64,000 nt of DNA from Candidatus Bathyarchaeia archaeon (GTDB taxonomy: Archaea; Thermoproteota; CALKCG01; B24), in contig JAVZJD010000001.1 in assembly GCA_038870975.1 (NCBI GenBank), positions 640,001-704,000 on the forward strand, in the 5' to 3' direction. The position numbers and the translations under genes were made by a program. Below the pieces are notes generated by a model that had not been told where the DNA came from, did no database searches, and saw only the letters and a list, made by a program, of their open reading frames with translations. Positions within the stretch are counted from its first letter, which is position 1. Each line of letters begins with the position of its first letter. Shown here piece after piece: positions 9,704-20,037 of the stretch.

Positions 9704-10542
9704 TAAATTACCCCCATGTCTTCAGCTTCAGCTAAGATTTTAAGATCCTCAGCTGTAATGCGCTCTCCTTTTCTAAGTTTATCTAAAATAATATTGGCAT
9801 TCTTCATCAAAAATGATTTAGCTTCTTCTTCAATTTTCTTTTTCTCTTCTGTTTCTAATTTTTTAAGTTCTTCTGATATTGCTTTTTCTTTGACTCTCAA
9901 TTCTTCTACTTCATTTATCTTTTGGAGAAGCTCTCTATGGTAGCCAGCGGCTTCCCTTCTTAACGATTTAACCATTTCATCAAGTTGAACGATAGCCTTT
10001 TTAATTGCCTCCCTTTTATCATTTATCTCTTCAATTCTACTTTTGATAGTCTTTATTTTGATTTTAATCGCTTCTCTAGATGCCTTAAGCTCCATGAGGT
10101 CGTTCTTAAGTTCTAATATTTCCTCTTGATGTTTCACTTCCTTTTCCAGTTTAGCAACTTCGCTTGCAATCTTCTTCTCAAACCTTAGATCCGTAGGAGA
10201 AGTCTGAAGTTTCCACTCCAGACTAGAAATACGTCTCCTAAGCTCTTTCAGTGGAACGTTAGAACCTTTAATTTTGAGTTTGACTTCGCTTATAAGTTGT
10301 CTAGTTTCTCTGAGTTTAGAATACTCAGAATTTAATTCATCTTTCAAATTGAAAATTTCTAAACTTAAGTTTTTATATTCTAATCTAAGCATTTTAATTT
10401 TTACAATAGCCTCTTTGATTTCAGCGTTCAATTTATTACGTTTCTCTTTAATCTGCTTAATATGCTCCAACAAATTCCTACGATTATTAGAGAGCTCTTT
10501 TAATTCAGATACTAGAGCATTGTACTTTCTATTTAGCTCCAA
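9703..10542 (-). CDS. Archaeal coiled-coil protein (COG1340-like)
   Basis: Heptad-rich, with LEWKLQT and a C-terminal KLRKGERIT.EDL; typically adjacent to DUF373. Confidence 0.75.
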   Translation of the reverse strand: MELNRKYNALVSELKELSNNRRNLLEHIKQIKEKRNKLNAEIKEAIVKIKMLRLEYKNLSLEIFNLKDELNSEYSKLRETRQLISEVKLKIKGSNVPLKELRRRISSLEWKLQTSPTDLRFEKKIASEVAKLEKEVKHQEEILELKNDLMELKASREAIKIKIKTIKSRIEEINDKREAIKKAIVQLDEMVKSLRREAAGYHRELLQKINEVEELRVKEKAISEELKKLETEEKKKIEEEAKSFLMKNANIILDKLRKGERITAEDLKILAEAEDMGVI

Positions 10543-10584
10543 TTCTACCTGCTAAAAAATATAGAGGATTTAAAACTTAAAGAT

Positions 10585-11226
10585 TTAGCGAGGAGCAGTA
10601 GTTGTAGATGTATCTGGAGTCGGCAGTGTTGGAAGCTCTGGGAGCTTCTCTTTAAGTCTATGTTCAGCTACGGCTGCAGCTTCCTCAAGTATCTTCCTAG
10701 CTTCTTCATTAGCCGCCTCCATATCAACACTCATGCCAGTTGCTTCACCGACTTCAACAACCATCTTACCGATTTCATCACTTATAGCTCCTATTTCATA
10801 ACTGACTTCGGGAATTACACCAGCTAGGTCTTTCTGAATAGCCTTAAGTATGCCAGCTACAGGCATTATAGCGGCTGCTGTTTCACCAAGCTGATGGACA
10901 GTCTCTAACCTCAGTAGAGCTTTTTCGAGAGCCAACTGTGCACCTAAGACTACTTTAGCCATTTTACGTGCTTCTGCACATTCATTAGCATAAAGGGCTG
11001 CTCTAGCAGAATCACCTTTCATATGAGCACTAACACACTTTTCAAAGAGCTCTTTCTCATGACGCTCCATTCTCATAGCTGCCCCTTCAACTCTCGAATA
11101 TTGTACTTTAAGCCTATGAATAGCCATTGTAAGCCTCTGCTTTAGAGGGGTTCTGTCGAATATCCTTCCGCCTTTATCCCACTTCTTCATGGACATTTTA
11201 AACGCCTCGTAAATAGACCGAGACAA
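10585..11226 (-). CDS. ESCRT-III/CdvB-family (Snf7) protein
   Basis: RAALYANECAEARK, ALEKALLRLET, PEVS.E and NEEARKILEEA, with a Pro-rich tail. Confidence 0.88.
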   Translation of the reverse strand: MSRSIYEAFKMSMKKWDKGGRIFDRTPLKQRLTMAIHRLKVQYSRVEGAAMRMERHEKELFEKCVSAHMKGDSARAALYANECAEARKMAKVVLGAQLALEKALLRLETVHQLGETAAAIMPVAGILKAIQKDLAGVIPEVSYEIGAISDEIGKMVVEVGEATGMSVDMEAANEEARKILEEAAAVAEHRLKEKLPELPTLPTPDTSTTTAPR

Positions 11227-11402
11227 AACGTTCTTTAATGAATTGTTTAAAGGAAACTGTAGAATAAACGTTTAAAATCACATGAAGTTTAATAGTTTCA
11301 ATACATTTGAAGGACAGTAATCTTGGAGTTATATAATACTTATAGCACTACAAGAGTATTATCAGCTTTATTTTTAAGACAGTTTTTTCCAAAAAATCTT
11401 GT

Positions 11403-12215
11403 ATGCGAAAAGTCATAACACTTCTAACGGATTTTGGATTATCAGATCCATATCCATCAATCATGAAAGGGGTAATATTGAGTATAAATCCAGAGGCGAC
11501 GATAGTCGATATTTCCCACTCAATAGAAAGGTTTAACGTTAGAATGGGGGCATTCATACTTGCTTACGCCGTCGACTATTTCCCAGAGGATAGTATCCAC
11601 GTAGCCGTGGTAGACCCTGGTGTTGGAACCGTTAGAAAGCCGATTATCATAAAATGCTGTAAAGGTTATCTTATAGGACCCGACAATGGTCTTCTAATAC
11701 CAGCTGCTGAAAAACTCGGTTTAAGAGAAGTATATGAAGTAGATATCCGTAAAGTTTCTAATGGTTATGTCTCTCATACTTTTCATGGTAGAGATGTTTT
11801 CGCCCCAGTAGCAGCTAGAATATCTAAGGGTGAAACTCCAGATCTATTTGGAAGACCATATGAGCGTTATGTTAAATTTACTCTGCCAAAACCTAATGTG
11901 TTAGATGGATGTATTATGGGGGAAGTCCTTTACATAGACAGTTTTGGAAATGTTGTGACAAACATAGATGACTTAACTGTTAAGTCTTTAAATATTAAAA
12001 TTGGGGACCTCCTACTCATCAGAACGGCCCACAATAATTTCAAAGTTAGATTTGTAGACGCCTATGGAGCTATTGAGCCAGGAGCCCCACTGGCGATAAT
12101 CAATAGTTTTAAGAGGCTTGAGTTGGCTGTGAATTTAGGCGATGGAAGCAGATTCTTTAAATTGAAGGTTGGTGACGCTGTAGAAGTGTGTTTGGCAAAA
12201 AACAATATATTATAG
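11403..12215 (+). CDS. SAM hydroxide adenosyltransferase (DUF62, chlorinase/fluorinase family)
   Basis: ITLLTDFG, VVDPGVG, GPDNG, TFHGRDVFAP and DSFGNVVTN. Confidence 0.93.
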   Translation: MRKVITLLTDFGLSDPYPSIMKGVILSINPEATIVDISHSIERFNVRMGAFILAYAVDYFPEDSIHVAVVDPGVGTVRKPIIIKCCKGYLIGPDNGLLIPAAEKLGLREVYEVDIRKVSNGYVSHTFHGRDVFAPVAARISKGETPDLFGRPYERYVKFTLPKPNVLDGCIMGEVLYIDSFGNVVTNIDDLTVKSLNIKIGDLLLIRTAHNNFKVRFVDAYGAIEPGAPLAIINSFKRLELAVNLGDGSRFFKLKVGDAVEVCLAKNNIL

Positions 12216-12242
12216 TTCAATGGTATAGTTTACTTAAACTCC

Positions 12243-13031
12243 ATGACCTTGATTAGAAGCCTACTTAAGATATTTGGAGTCTACCGGTTTTACTTATGGT
12301 GGTTAAAGAGAGAAGTTAAAAATGGCAGTATTCCAAGCCATGTTGGGATAATTCTCGACGGTAATAGGCGCTGGGCTTATAAACATGGTTACCCTCCATG
12401 GTTAGGGCATAAATTCGGCGCGGAAAAAGTTGAAGAAGTCCTTAAATGGTGTCTTAACCTTGGAGTTAAAACAGTTACACTTTATGCATTTTCAACTGAG
12501 AACTTTAAGAGACCTCAACGCGAAATCGAAGAGTTATTTAAGCTATTTCAAGAGAAATTGGTTAAACTTCTATCTGTTCGTGAAATACACGACTACCACG
12601 TTAAAGTCAAGTTCATAGGTGCACTAGAACTGTTACCTGAAGAGCTTAAAGAGCTGATTGACGAAATAGAATCGAAGACAGCAAACTATGAAGAACGTTG
12701 GCTTAACATAGCACTAGCATATGGTGGAAGAAGGGAAATCGTAGACGCAGTTAGGAAAATAGCCAAATTGGTAGAAACAGGCTCCCTTAAACCTGAAGAA
12801 ATAGATGAAGAGCTTCTACAGAAATTCCTATATACAGCCTACCTACCGAATCCAGAGCCAGACTTGATAATAAGGACAAGCGGTGAGGAGAGATTAAGCG
12901 GTTTTCTACTGTGGCAAAGTGCATATAGTGAGCTTTGTTTTCTAGAAGTCTACTGGCCTGAGTTTCGTGAAATAGACTTGCTTAGAGCTATTAGAGTTTA
13001 CCAGAGTAGACAGCGAAGATTTGGAAGATAG
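12243..13031 (+). CDS. uppS: cis-prenyltransferase (polyprenyl diphosphate synthase)
   Basis: DGNRRWA, FSTENFKR, YGGR.EI and RTSGEERLSGFLLWQ. Confidence 0.96.
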   Translation: MTLIRSLLKIFGVYRFYLWWLKREVKNGSIPSHVGIILDGNRRWAYKHGYPPWLGHKFGAEKVEEVLKWCLNLGVKTVTLYAFSTENFKRPQREIEELFKLFQEKLVKLLSVREIHDYHVKVKFIGALELLPEELKELIDEIESKTANYEERWLNIALAYGGRREIVDAVRKIAKLVETGSLKPEEIDEELLQKFLYTAYLPNPEPDLIIRTSGEERLSGFLLWQSAYSELCFLEVYWPEFREIDLLRAIRVYQSRQRRFGR

Positions 13032-13089
13032 AGGAATATAGGCTAAGTTTAAACTTAAAAAGAAAATACTAGTAATGTGGGGGTAGATT

Positions 13090-13788
13090 TTGACCGAGCT
13101 CAATGAAGAGCTTTTAAAGCTCATAAATATGATATGTGATGAGAAGCTAAGAGCGCTTGTATTAGACCTATTTAAAAATCCGAGTTTTAAGCTTGCAGAG
13201 GGACAATTAACGCCGATAGTGTTTGAGCATGGGCTAGGCTCCATAGGATTTCACCATTCGTATAAAGGTGGACTGTTAGATCATACTATTTCATGTAGCA
13301 AAATAGGTCTAGCAATATGTCAGACACTTGAAGAAGTATATGGTTTCAAAGTTAATGGCGACTATATCTTAGCAGCGACTCTAATACATGACATATATAA
13401 GACTGCTGTTTACGATGAGACTTCGCCTACAGGCTTAAGTCAACTAGGTGAAAGAATAGATCACCATACACTTGTGGTTTCAGAGCTTATAAGACGCGGT
13501 TTTCCGCTAGAAGTCATCCATGCGGTTCTGGCGATTCATGGACAATATGGTCCAATGAGCCCAAAAACAATCGAGGCATTAATAGCCCATTTAGCAGATC
13601 AGGTCGACTCAACATTTTGCGATAGAGTTTCAAAAGCTGCCAAAAACTTGATTAAAATTGCAACTGGGGAAGAACCCAAAACACTTACTCTAAGAGAAGC
13701 GATTTCAATTATACTTGCCAAACAGAGTGGGGGATGGAGTTCGCTTAAGGAGTTACATCAAAAAAGCGGTAAAGAAATTAATCGATAA
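13090..13788 (+). CDS. HD-domain phosphohydrolase (MptB/dihydroneopterin cyclic phosphate phosphodiesterase-like)
   Basis: HHSY.GGLLDHT, IHDIYK, DHH, IHG and AHLADQVDS. Confidence 0.7.
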   Translation: MTELNEELLKLINMICDEKLRALVLDLFKNPSFKLAEGQLTPIVFEHGLGSIGFHHSYKGGLLDHTISCSKIGLAICQTLEEVYGFKVNGDYILAATLIHDIYKTAVYDETSPTGLSQLGERIDHHTLVVSELIRRGFPLEVIHAVLAIHGQYGPMSPKTIEALIAHLADQVDSTFCDRVSKAAKNLIKIATGEEPKTLTLREAISIILAKQSGGWSSLKELHQKSGKEINR

Positions 13789-13882
13789 GGTCGATTTAAA
13801 AAACGGGATAATGAAGGGGAGTAGAAACTGCGCAATATGTCTTCAGTTAAGTTTATATATGATAGATTTAAAAACACTATTC

Positions 13883-14003
13883 GGTTGCCGGCCATAGGGT
13901 GTGGGTCCGACCCGTTCCCATTCCGAACACGGAAGTCAAACCACACCACGTCTCCCTTCTCCCTAGTGGGAGACCCTAGGAGAGGAGGGGGATGCTGGCA
14001 ACC
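13883..14003 (+). rRNA. rrf: 5S rRNA (unlinked)
   Basis: 121 nt with terminal helix GGTTGCCGGC/GCTGGCAACC and the conserved CCCATTCCGAACACGGAAGTCAA loop. TATA-like TTTATATA about 30 nt upstream. Confidence 0.95.
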
Positions 14004-14056
14004 TCACAGTGAATGTTTATATTTCAATGAGTTTATTCATAGTTTAGGAACAGCTT

Positions 14057-15175
14057 ATGAATCCAGAGATGGTGTTACACCAGGTTTTATCTTCTGAGGG
14101 AGATAGAATAGGGCTTATTTTTCAAGCCATATTTATAGCGTTATTTTTATTTAGTATATTCTACGGGCAAAGATTTCAGGTTTGGATGATGCTTAAGAAT
14201 GTTGAAATTGGTCTTAATAGAATTAAGAGAATGAGAGATAATGCTAGACAAGCGATATTGGATGTATTAAGACGTTTTAATAACGACCCCGGTTTAGAAA
14301 GCACAGTCGATAGATTGCTTGAATATTTTTGGATACCTCCTACTTCCATAGACCCATTTGGAGTCATCGGTAAAATAGACCATCTTCTTAATGTAAGAGA
14401 GAGAAGATTCCGATGGGAGCTTAAAAGCATAGTGCCAAATATTGATGAAAGTAGGCTTAGAAATCTTGAAAACCTCGTTGAAATAGGTATTTCCCTAGAT
14501 CAGATATACCGGATAATGCGTCACTATTATCTTTTAGGTAAGAAAACCATGAGCCTCTTCCTAATATATCAGGCAGAAGCGCTTATGCCGACTGTCCTCC
14601 AAGAAGCTGAAGCATTAACAGACGCCATTAAATCTTTTAGTACAGGTCAACCTATAGGGGATGGTGTTGGAAGTCTCGTAGCCGCACGTTTCATGTACGG
14701 TGCTGAGAAAACACTCATATCGGAAGATACCATAGTAGCAGAAGTTGAATTTGAGGGGAGGAATCTTATAGTTGTTAAGGCTCTTGGACCAGGTGGAAAT
14801 GTTGGCAGACCAGGTGAAGCTGTTGAGAAAATTTTAAACAATAGAAGAGTGGCCGCTGTAATAATGGTGGATGCGGCTCTAAAACTCGAAGGTGAAGAAG
14901 TTGGCGAGGTTGCTGAGGGAGTGGGTGCGGCTATCGGGGGTATAGGTGTTGACAAGTTCAAGATAGAAGAAGCGGCTAAAAAGTTCAATGTGCCACTTTA
15001 TGCTGTAGTTGTTAAAGAATCTATGTCTGATGCACTCTCTACTATGAAATGGGAAATATACGTAGGTGTGGAGAAGGCTATCAATAGGATTAGAAGGCTT
15101 ATAAGAGAGAAGACTGAGATTGGAGATACCGTGGTATTAGTAGGGGTAGGCAATACTATAGGTATAGGACAATAG
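14057..15175 (+). CDS. DUF1512 family protein
   Basis: PIGDGVG, GPGGNVGRPGEA, DAALKLEGE and a C-terminal GVGNTIGIGQ. Confidence 0.85.
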   Translation: MNPEMVLHQVLSSEGDRIGLIFQAIFIALFLFSIFYGQRFQVWMMLKNVEIGLNRIKRMRDNARQAILDVLRRFNNDPGLESTVDRLLEYFWIPPTSIDPFGVIGKIDHLLNVRERRFRWELKSIVPNIDESRLRNLENLVEIGISLDQIYRIMRHYYLLGKKTMSLFLIYQAEALMPTVLQEAEALTDAIKSFSTGQPIGDGVGSLVAARFMYGAEKTLISEDTIVAEVEFEGRNLIVVKALGPGGNVGRPGEAVEKILNNRRVAAVIMVDAALKLEGEEVGEVAEGVGAAIGGIGVDKFKIEEAAKKFNVPLYAVVVKESMSDALSTMKWEIYVGVEKAINRIRRLIREKTEIGDTVVLVGVGNTIGIGQ

Positions 15176-15176
15176 T

Positions 15177-15584
15177 ATGGAGGGGGATGATATGCCTATG
15201 AAAAACAGCATGAGTTTTCTTATCGTATTCCTCCTAATGATGGCTTTAATTACGCTCAGCATATTTTTCCTATTCTTAGCTGTTAATGCTTGGTCTCGTG
15301 GCTTTGAGGGGACGGCTATTCATTACTCCATAGCTGGTCTGATGGGCTTAATACTGTCTACGTATACTCTAGCTAGGATGATTCGGAGGAAGCCTTCAAT
15401 CTCCACGGTTTTCAACTATGAAGTTCAAACGCTGTTACAGTGTTTAAAATGTGGATTTTCAAACACCAGGAGTTTTGTCGCTGGAGATTACGTGCTGGGT
15501 TCAAGTGATAAATGTCCTCATTGCTCTTCAACTATGGTTATACTTGCCATCTATAGGGTTGACTCTGAGAAGGGGAAACGTTAA
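15177..15584 (+). CDS. Membrane protein with C-terminal zinc ribbon
   Basis: Two TM helices, then CLKC...CPHC. Confidence 0.75.
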   Translation: MEGDDMPMKNSMSFLIVFLLMMALITLSIFFLFLAVNAWSRGFEGTAIHYSIAGLMGLILSTYTLARMIRRKPSISTVFNYEVQTLLQCLKCGFSNTRSFVAGDYVLGSSDKCPHCSSTMVILAIYRVDSEKGKR

Positions 15585-16480
15585 AGTATAAAGCCAGTAA
15601 GCCCTATTACACCATCCTCTACGACTAATATTGTTTCTTCGGCTTGAGCTACGAACCCTCTGCTGACTTCTACAAGCGGTCTGTAGATTTTTATGAATGG
15701 AGAATTTTTCAATTTAAACCATGTATTTTCGACATTGTACTCAAGCTTCGTGGCATATATCCATCTCTCAGCAAAAGGTAACCCGTCAAATTTATCCCAC
15801 AGTATTTTCAAAAAAGCATTGGCTTCAACATCTTTGATCTTCTTATAGGATATGCATCTGTATATCGTCGGCTTACCCGATTCGATGACCGTTCCATCGG
15901 CCCAATGCTCAGTTATAAACGGTTCGATCGCATAAACACCATGTAGTTTGAATTTTCCACCCCGTAGTGGAATGTTTGGTATTGAAATACCCGCGTGTAA
16001 ATTGTACCTGGCAATTTCATGACCTGATAGGTTTTTTATCGGTTTTAACCCGTATGCGTTGGCCACTTTGGAAATAACTTCACCAATATCGTATACATTA
16101 ACCGAAGCCTTTATGTTTTTTAAGGCTTTTCTCAACGCTTCCTCAGCTACCTCCTTAAGAAGGAGGTACCTTTCGTCTAAAACTACTGTAATAGCAGTAT
16201 CAACTATGTAACCATCCACGTGTACACCAAAATCTATTTTAACTAAAGACTGTTCTGGAATTTTTAACACATCCATACGATCCGCGGTGTAGTGGGCTGC
16301 AATTTCGTTTATGCAGATATTGCATGGAAAAGCAGGTTCTCCGCCTCGACTTTTTATAAAACCCTCTATTTTCTCACATATATCTAAAACGTTAGCTCCG
16401 ATTTTAACGATAGATGTGGCGAATGCCCTAGTCTTTTCAGCAATTTCTCCGGCTTTAAAATACGGTTCAAAGATATCCAT
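15581..16480 (-). CDS. map: Methionine aminopeptidase type II
   Basis: AFPCN...AAHYT, KIDFGVHVDGYIVDTA, NLSGH and AIEPF. Likely start is ATG 16480 with a GGTG SD; the ATG at 16492 overlaps the tRNA end. Confidence 0.93.
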   Translation of the reverse strand: MDIFEPYFKAGEIAEKTRAFATSIVKIGANVLDICEKIEGFIKSRGGEPAFPCNICINEIAAHYTADRMDVLKIPEQSLVKIDFGVHVDGYIVDTAITVVLDERYLLLKEVAEEALRKALKNIKASVNVYDIGEVISKVANAYGLKPIKNLSGHEIARYNLHAGISIPNIPLRGGKFKLHGVYAIEPFITEHWADGTVIESGKPTIYRCISYKKIKDVEANAFLKILWDKFDGLPFAERWIYATKLEYNVENTWFKLKNSPFIKIYRPLVEVSRGFVAQAEETILVVEDGVIGLTGFIL

Positions 16481-16491
16481 CTTAACACCCA

Positions 16492-16580
16492 TGGGCCCGC
16501 CGGGACTCGAACCCGGGACTTCCCGCTTTCTACGCTCTCCTCCGCAGGCGGGTGTCCTATCCGTGCTAGACGACGGGCCC
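16492..16580 (-). tRNA. tRNA-Arg(GCG) with a 14-nt intron at 37/38 (16528-16541)
   Basis: Acceptor stem GGGCCCG/CGGGCCC, anticodon stem CCCGC/GCGGG, T-arm CCGGG-TTCGAGT-CCCGG. Intron AGGAGAGCGTAGAA has a CTGC/GTAG helix and an AAA bulge. Confidence 0.93.
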
Positions 16581-16863
16581 CTGTAAGTACTGTTTTCAAT
16601 AGCTACGTAAAAACTCTTTCTTCTTAAGACTCTATATCTAGTTTGGATGAGATCAAAGTATCAAGTTGGATCGGAATTATTTATGTTGAAGTTTTTAGAT
16701 GAGAAGTGATAAGGTTTTAAGCTATAGATTTATAAACTGACTGTATAAAAACGATTGCCGTTTTCACGGTGATTTAACCATTGAACGAGTCAACAACCAT
16801 AAAAATTTTATATCTTAAACTTTAAGTAGAACCAAACGCCTCAGTCTTATCAGGTGCGACTTA

Positions 16864-17208
16864 ATGTCATTCTACAGGTATATAGATTATCTACTTAAAG
16901 AGAAGAAGAACCTTGAGGAGAAGCTTAAGACGTTAGATAAAGCAGAAGTTATAAGGTTTGGTAGACAACTTATAGCTACCTACCAGCAGAGCCTTCAAGG
17001 CTTCGACGAATGGTTTACGAATTACGGAATAATGGAGAAGATGGAGCCCGAATTGGTACGGGAAATCGTTACAAACCTTATGAATATAGGTTTTGAGCTT
17101 CTTAAGTATGATAGAGATATAACCATGATGTGGCTTGAAAGGGAGCAGAAAGAGATGAAAAGGAAGAAGGAAGAAGAGGAGAAGAAGAAGCAAACTTCCA
17201 TAATATAG
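16864..17208 (+). CDS. DUF2153-like archaeal protein
   Basis: Helical; SLQGFDEW...LLKYD..IT pattern and a charged tail. Confidence 0.6.
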   Translation: MSFYRYIDYLLKEKKNLEEKLKTLDKAEVIRFGRQLIATYQQSLQGFDEWFTNYGIMEKMEPELVREIVTNLMNIGFELLKYDRDITMMWLEREQKEMKRKKEEEEKKKQTSII

Positions 17209-17235
17209 TCTAAAAAGAAGATAGAAAGCATAGTT

Positions 17236-17871
17236 TCAATTCGTAGAAATCCGTGTTAATCTAGCACCGCAATTTGGACAATACAAATAGTTTCCGGTTA
17301 TGCGATACCCACAGAATGGACACTTTAAGACTGTATAAACTCCTTCTACACGTGTAGGTGTAGTAACACTTACTGACAGCGATTTCTTAAGGACATTGTA
17401 GACGGATAGAGCGCCTGCCACTATGGGTAGAACTATGCCTATTGGAATTATCCAATACGACTGGGAAAGGTTCGATGCTTGCGGGAAGGATACGTAAACA
17501 CTATCGATGCTGCTGAAGATAGCAGGCGCGGCTAAGCCTAATGTAATGGCGATCGTAATTGAACGTATATCTATATCTCTACGTTTAGACTCCTTTAGTA
17601 ATATCACTCCACTCACAAGAACCATTAGAGCCGCTATGGATCTAACTGGGAATATTTCCATCCATCCTTGGGAAATCTCCCCATTCATATTGGAGTAAAA
17701 GTAGCCTAGTAGTGGAAACTCTAAAACTGCAAATGTCTCTTCCACAGAAGAACCACGGACATAATAGTTTGTTACACCCACTATCATAGTCCAAGGTATT
17801 AGAAGTGATATGAGCATTAATACTCCAGCTATTGAAATGGCTCTACCACTTGGCTCCCCCTTTAATTCCAC
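17236..17871 (-). CDS. Membrane protein with C-terminal zinc ribbon
   Basis: About four TM segments, then CPFCG...YCPNCG. Confidence 0.75.
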   Translation of the reverse strand: MELKGEPSGRAISIAGVLMLISLLIPWTMIVGVTNYYVRGSSVEETFAVLEFPLLGYFYSNMNGEISQGWMEIFPVRSIAALMVLVSGVILLKESKRRDIDIRSITIAITLGLAAPAIFSSIDSVYVSFPQASNLSQSYWIIPIGIVLPIVAGALSVYNVLKKSLSVSVTTPTRVEGVYTVLKCPFCGYRITGNYLYCPNCGARLTRISTN

Positions 17872-18129
17872 AGGAACTCAACCTCATTTATAGATTAAAA
17901 TCGATAATGACAAATAAAGGTATCTGTTTGGAAAATGTATTCTATAACAAAGCGTTTGAAGTAAAATCTCCATCCGAATAATCTTTAATTTTTCCATGAA
18001 GGCGCCTTTAAAGTCGCCATAATGATGAGAGGATTCTTCACGTTGTTCCACATATTTTTACATTACAAATTTTTAAATAGAAGTCCCCCCTCAGAAAGCA
18101 TATATACAGAGATTCTAAAGTTTATAGCG

Positions 18130-18732
18130 ATGTTTGAGGTTGCTGTAGAGCCCTGCGTTTTAACGGCTAATAAAACATCTCTCATAATAGTAGATATGCA
18201 AAAGGATTTCATTTATAGTAATGGCAGACTATACGTACCTGGCTCTGAAAGAATAGTGACTTCTTTAAAGGCTCTTTTAGAGAAGTGTAGAGCAAGTGGG
18301 TTAACTGTGATTTTTACGCAAGATTGGCATCCGGAAAACGCATCAGAATTTAGGATATGGCCAAAGCATTGCGTCGCGGGAACCCAAGGTGCTGATATAA
18401 TAGACGAATTAAAGCCAAACCCAGGTGAACTTGTAGTTAAAAAAGAGACTTACGACGCTTTCTTCAATACGAAGCTTGAAGACATTCTCATTAAAGCAGG
18501 AGTTGAAAACCTTATTGTGACTGGTGTTGTCGCAAACATATGCGTACTACATACAGCTGGAAGTGCCGCTTTAAGAGGGTTTAAGATAGTTTTACCAGTG
18601 GATTGCACCGCTGCTTTAAACGACTTTGATCTTAAACTTACCATAAGACAGGTTTCCTTTCTATACAGGGGGATAATAACATCGAGTGAATTAATATCAT
18701 TCAACCATTCTCAACCTCCGAGGTCATTTTAA
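18130..18732 (+). CDS. Isochorismatase/nicotinamidase family cysteine hydrolase
   Basis: VDMQKDF, TQDWH, WPKHC, KETYDAF and GVVANICV. Start adjusted to ATG 18130. Confidence 0.9.
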   Translation: MFEVAVEPCVLTANKTSLIIVDMQKDFIYSNGRLYVPGSERIVTSLKALLEKCRASGLTVIFTQDWHPENASEFRIWPKHCVAGTQGADIIDELKPNPGELVVKKETYDAFFNTKLEDILIKAGVENLIVTGVVANICVLHTAGSAALRGFKIVLPVDCTAALNDFDLKLTIRQVSFLYRGIITSSELISFNHSQPPRSF

Positions 18733-19902
18733 TCCACCATAAAGACTTTCAAAGTCTTCCATTGAATAAAATCCTATTAGATGTAAATTTCCAATGTGGA
18801 CATTTTTAAGCCGTTTTTTGGCCACTCTATAACATTCTACGACCTGCTCTATAGGGGTGACTGGTAAATCTCTCATTAAATAGTCAGGGTGGAAAATGAG
18901 AAGAGAATATGGGATTTCAGGGTTTAGGTCTGCTAGAAACCTAGCTATACCTTCTACTTCTTCTGCGTCTACATAACCGGGTACGAGAAGAGTTGTAGCT
19001 GTTAAAATAGGCATGTCTGGTCGTTCCATGTAAAACCTATTATAAAGCGCCTCGAAATTTTCAAATGCCCTTCTATTTGAAACACCGCTTAAAGCAACGC
19101 TTAAGGCGTTAGAATAAGCTTTAAGGTCGAATTTTATATTCCCACCTGTCTTGAAAGATATTTCACCAGCTTCATTAACTAGAACTTTGTTACCACAACC
19201 ATTCCATTCAAAACAAATCCTCAGAATTCTCTCTCCACGAAGATATTCAAGAACATGTTTGGAGGCGTTTATAGCAAAAGGTAGTTGTGGCTCTGGTGAA
19301 CCGCCGAAAAAGCACCAACATGATATCCGTGTATTTGATAGCGTTACTTGAATTAGCTCTTTATCTGTTATAATCCGCGCTTCTTCAAACCTTTTATGCG
19401 AATAGTTTTGACAGAATAGGCAGTTGAAGTTGCATCCGTAGAAGAAGATAGCTAGATTATAATAGTTGTATTCTGGCCCTTTAGTATACGCGTACTTTGG
19501 ATAACCCGCACCCGTTCCAGCTGGGCAGAACCATGTGCTACAGCAGTTTGTCACATGTGGATCGAGGTAATAGTACAATAGTGCTTTATTCTTATCTACA
19601 TATGATTTTAAATATCCATTCTCACTCCATCTTAAGCCACAGAAACCTAGTTCACCATTGCCTATAATACAATCATTTGAACATATGCCGCATCTGACTC
19701 CATTTTGTGTTTTATATGGCTGTGGTGGTAGTTTGTACTGTTCTCTAGACTTCCTATGGGCATCTAAAGCTATTTTCAAGCTTTCTTCAGGGTTTTCACG
19801 TATACATCTTACACAGACCCCTAAATAGCTTGATATTAGGGATGACTTCAATCCGCATATTTTACATTCCTTCACATTTTTAGTTTTAGAAAGGGGGGAC
19901 AC
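18724..19902 (-). CDS. Radical SAM protein (PFL-activating enzyme-like)
   Basis: CNFNCLFCQN radical SAM motif, N-terminal Cys clusters, FGGSPEP and KFDLKA. Confidence 0.88.
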   Translation of the reverse strand: MSPLSKTKNVKECKICGLKSSLISSYLGVCVRCIRENPEESLKIALDAHRKSREQYKLPPQPYKTQNGVRCGICSNDCIIGNGELGFCGLRWSENGYLKSYVDKNKALLYYYLDPHVTNCCSTWFCPAGTGAGYPKYAYTKGPEYNYYNLAIFFYGCNFNCLFCQNYSHKRFEEARIITDKELIQVTLSNTRISCWCFFGGSPEPQLPFAINASKHVLEYLRGERILRICFEWNGCGNKVLVNEAGEISFKTGGNIKFDLKAYSNALSVALSGVSNRRAFENFEALYNRFYMERPDMPILTATTLLVPGYVDAEEVEGIARFLADLNPEIPYSLLIFHPDYLMRDLPVTPIEQVVECYRVAKKRLKNVHIGNLHLIGFYSMEDFESLYGGLK

Positions 19903-20037
19903 TCGAATCTAAAAGATTTATGGAAAACATAGACTTAAACATATTTCTAAAATATCACATGGTAAACTATGGACGTATTAACTAAAAAATAATAAAACTG
20001 TTAAAATCCAATTATCGAATAAATGTTCATTGTATAG

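Noticed and set aside
13715-14097. Three short ORFs
   Set aside because: They overlap the 5S rRNA and its promoter.
16311-16599. Short ORFs on both strands
   Set aside because: They are shadows of tRNA-Arg and map.
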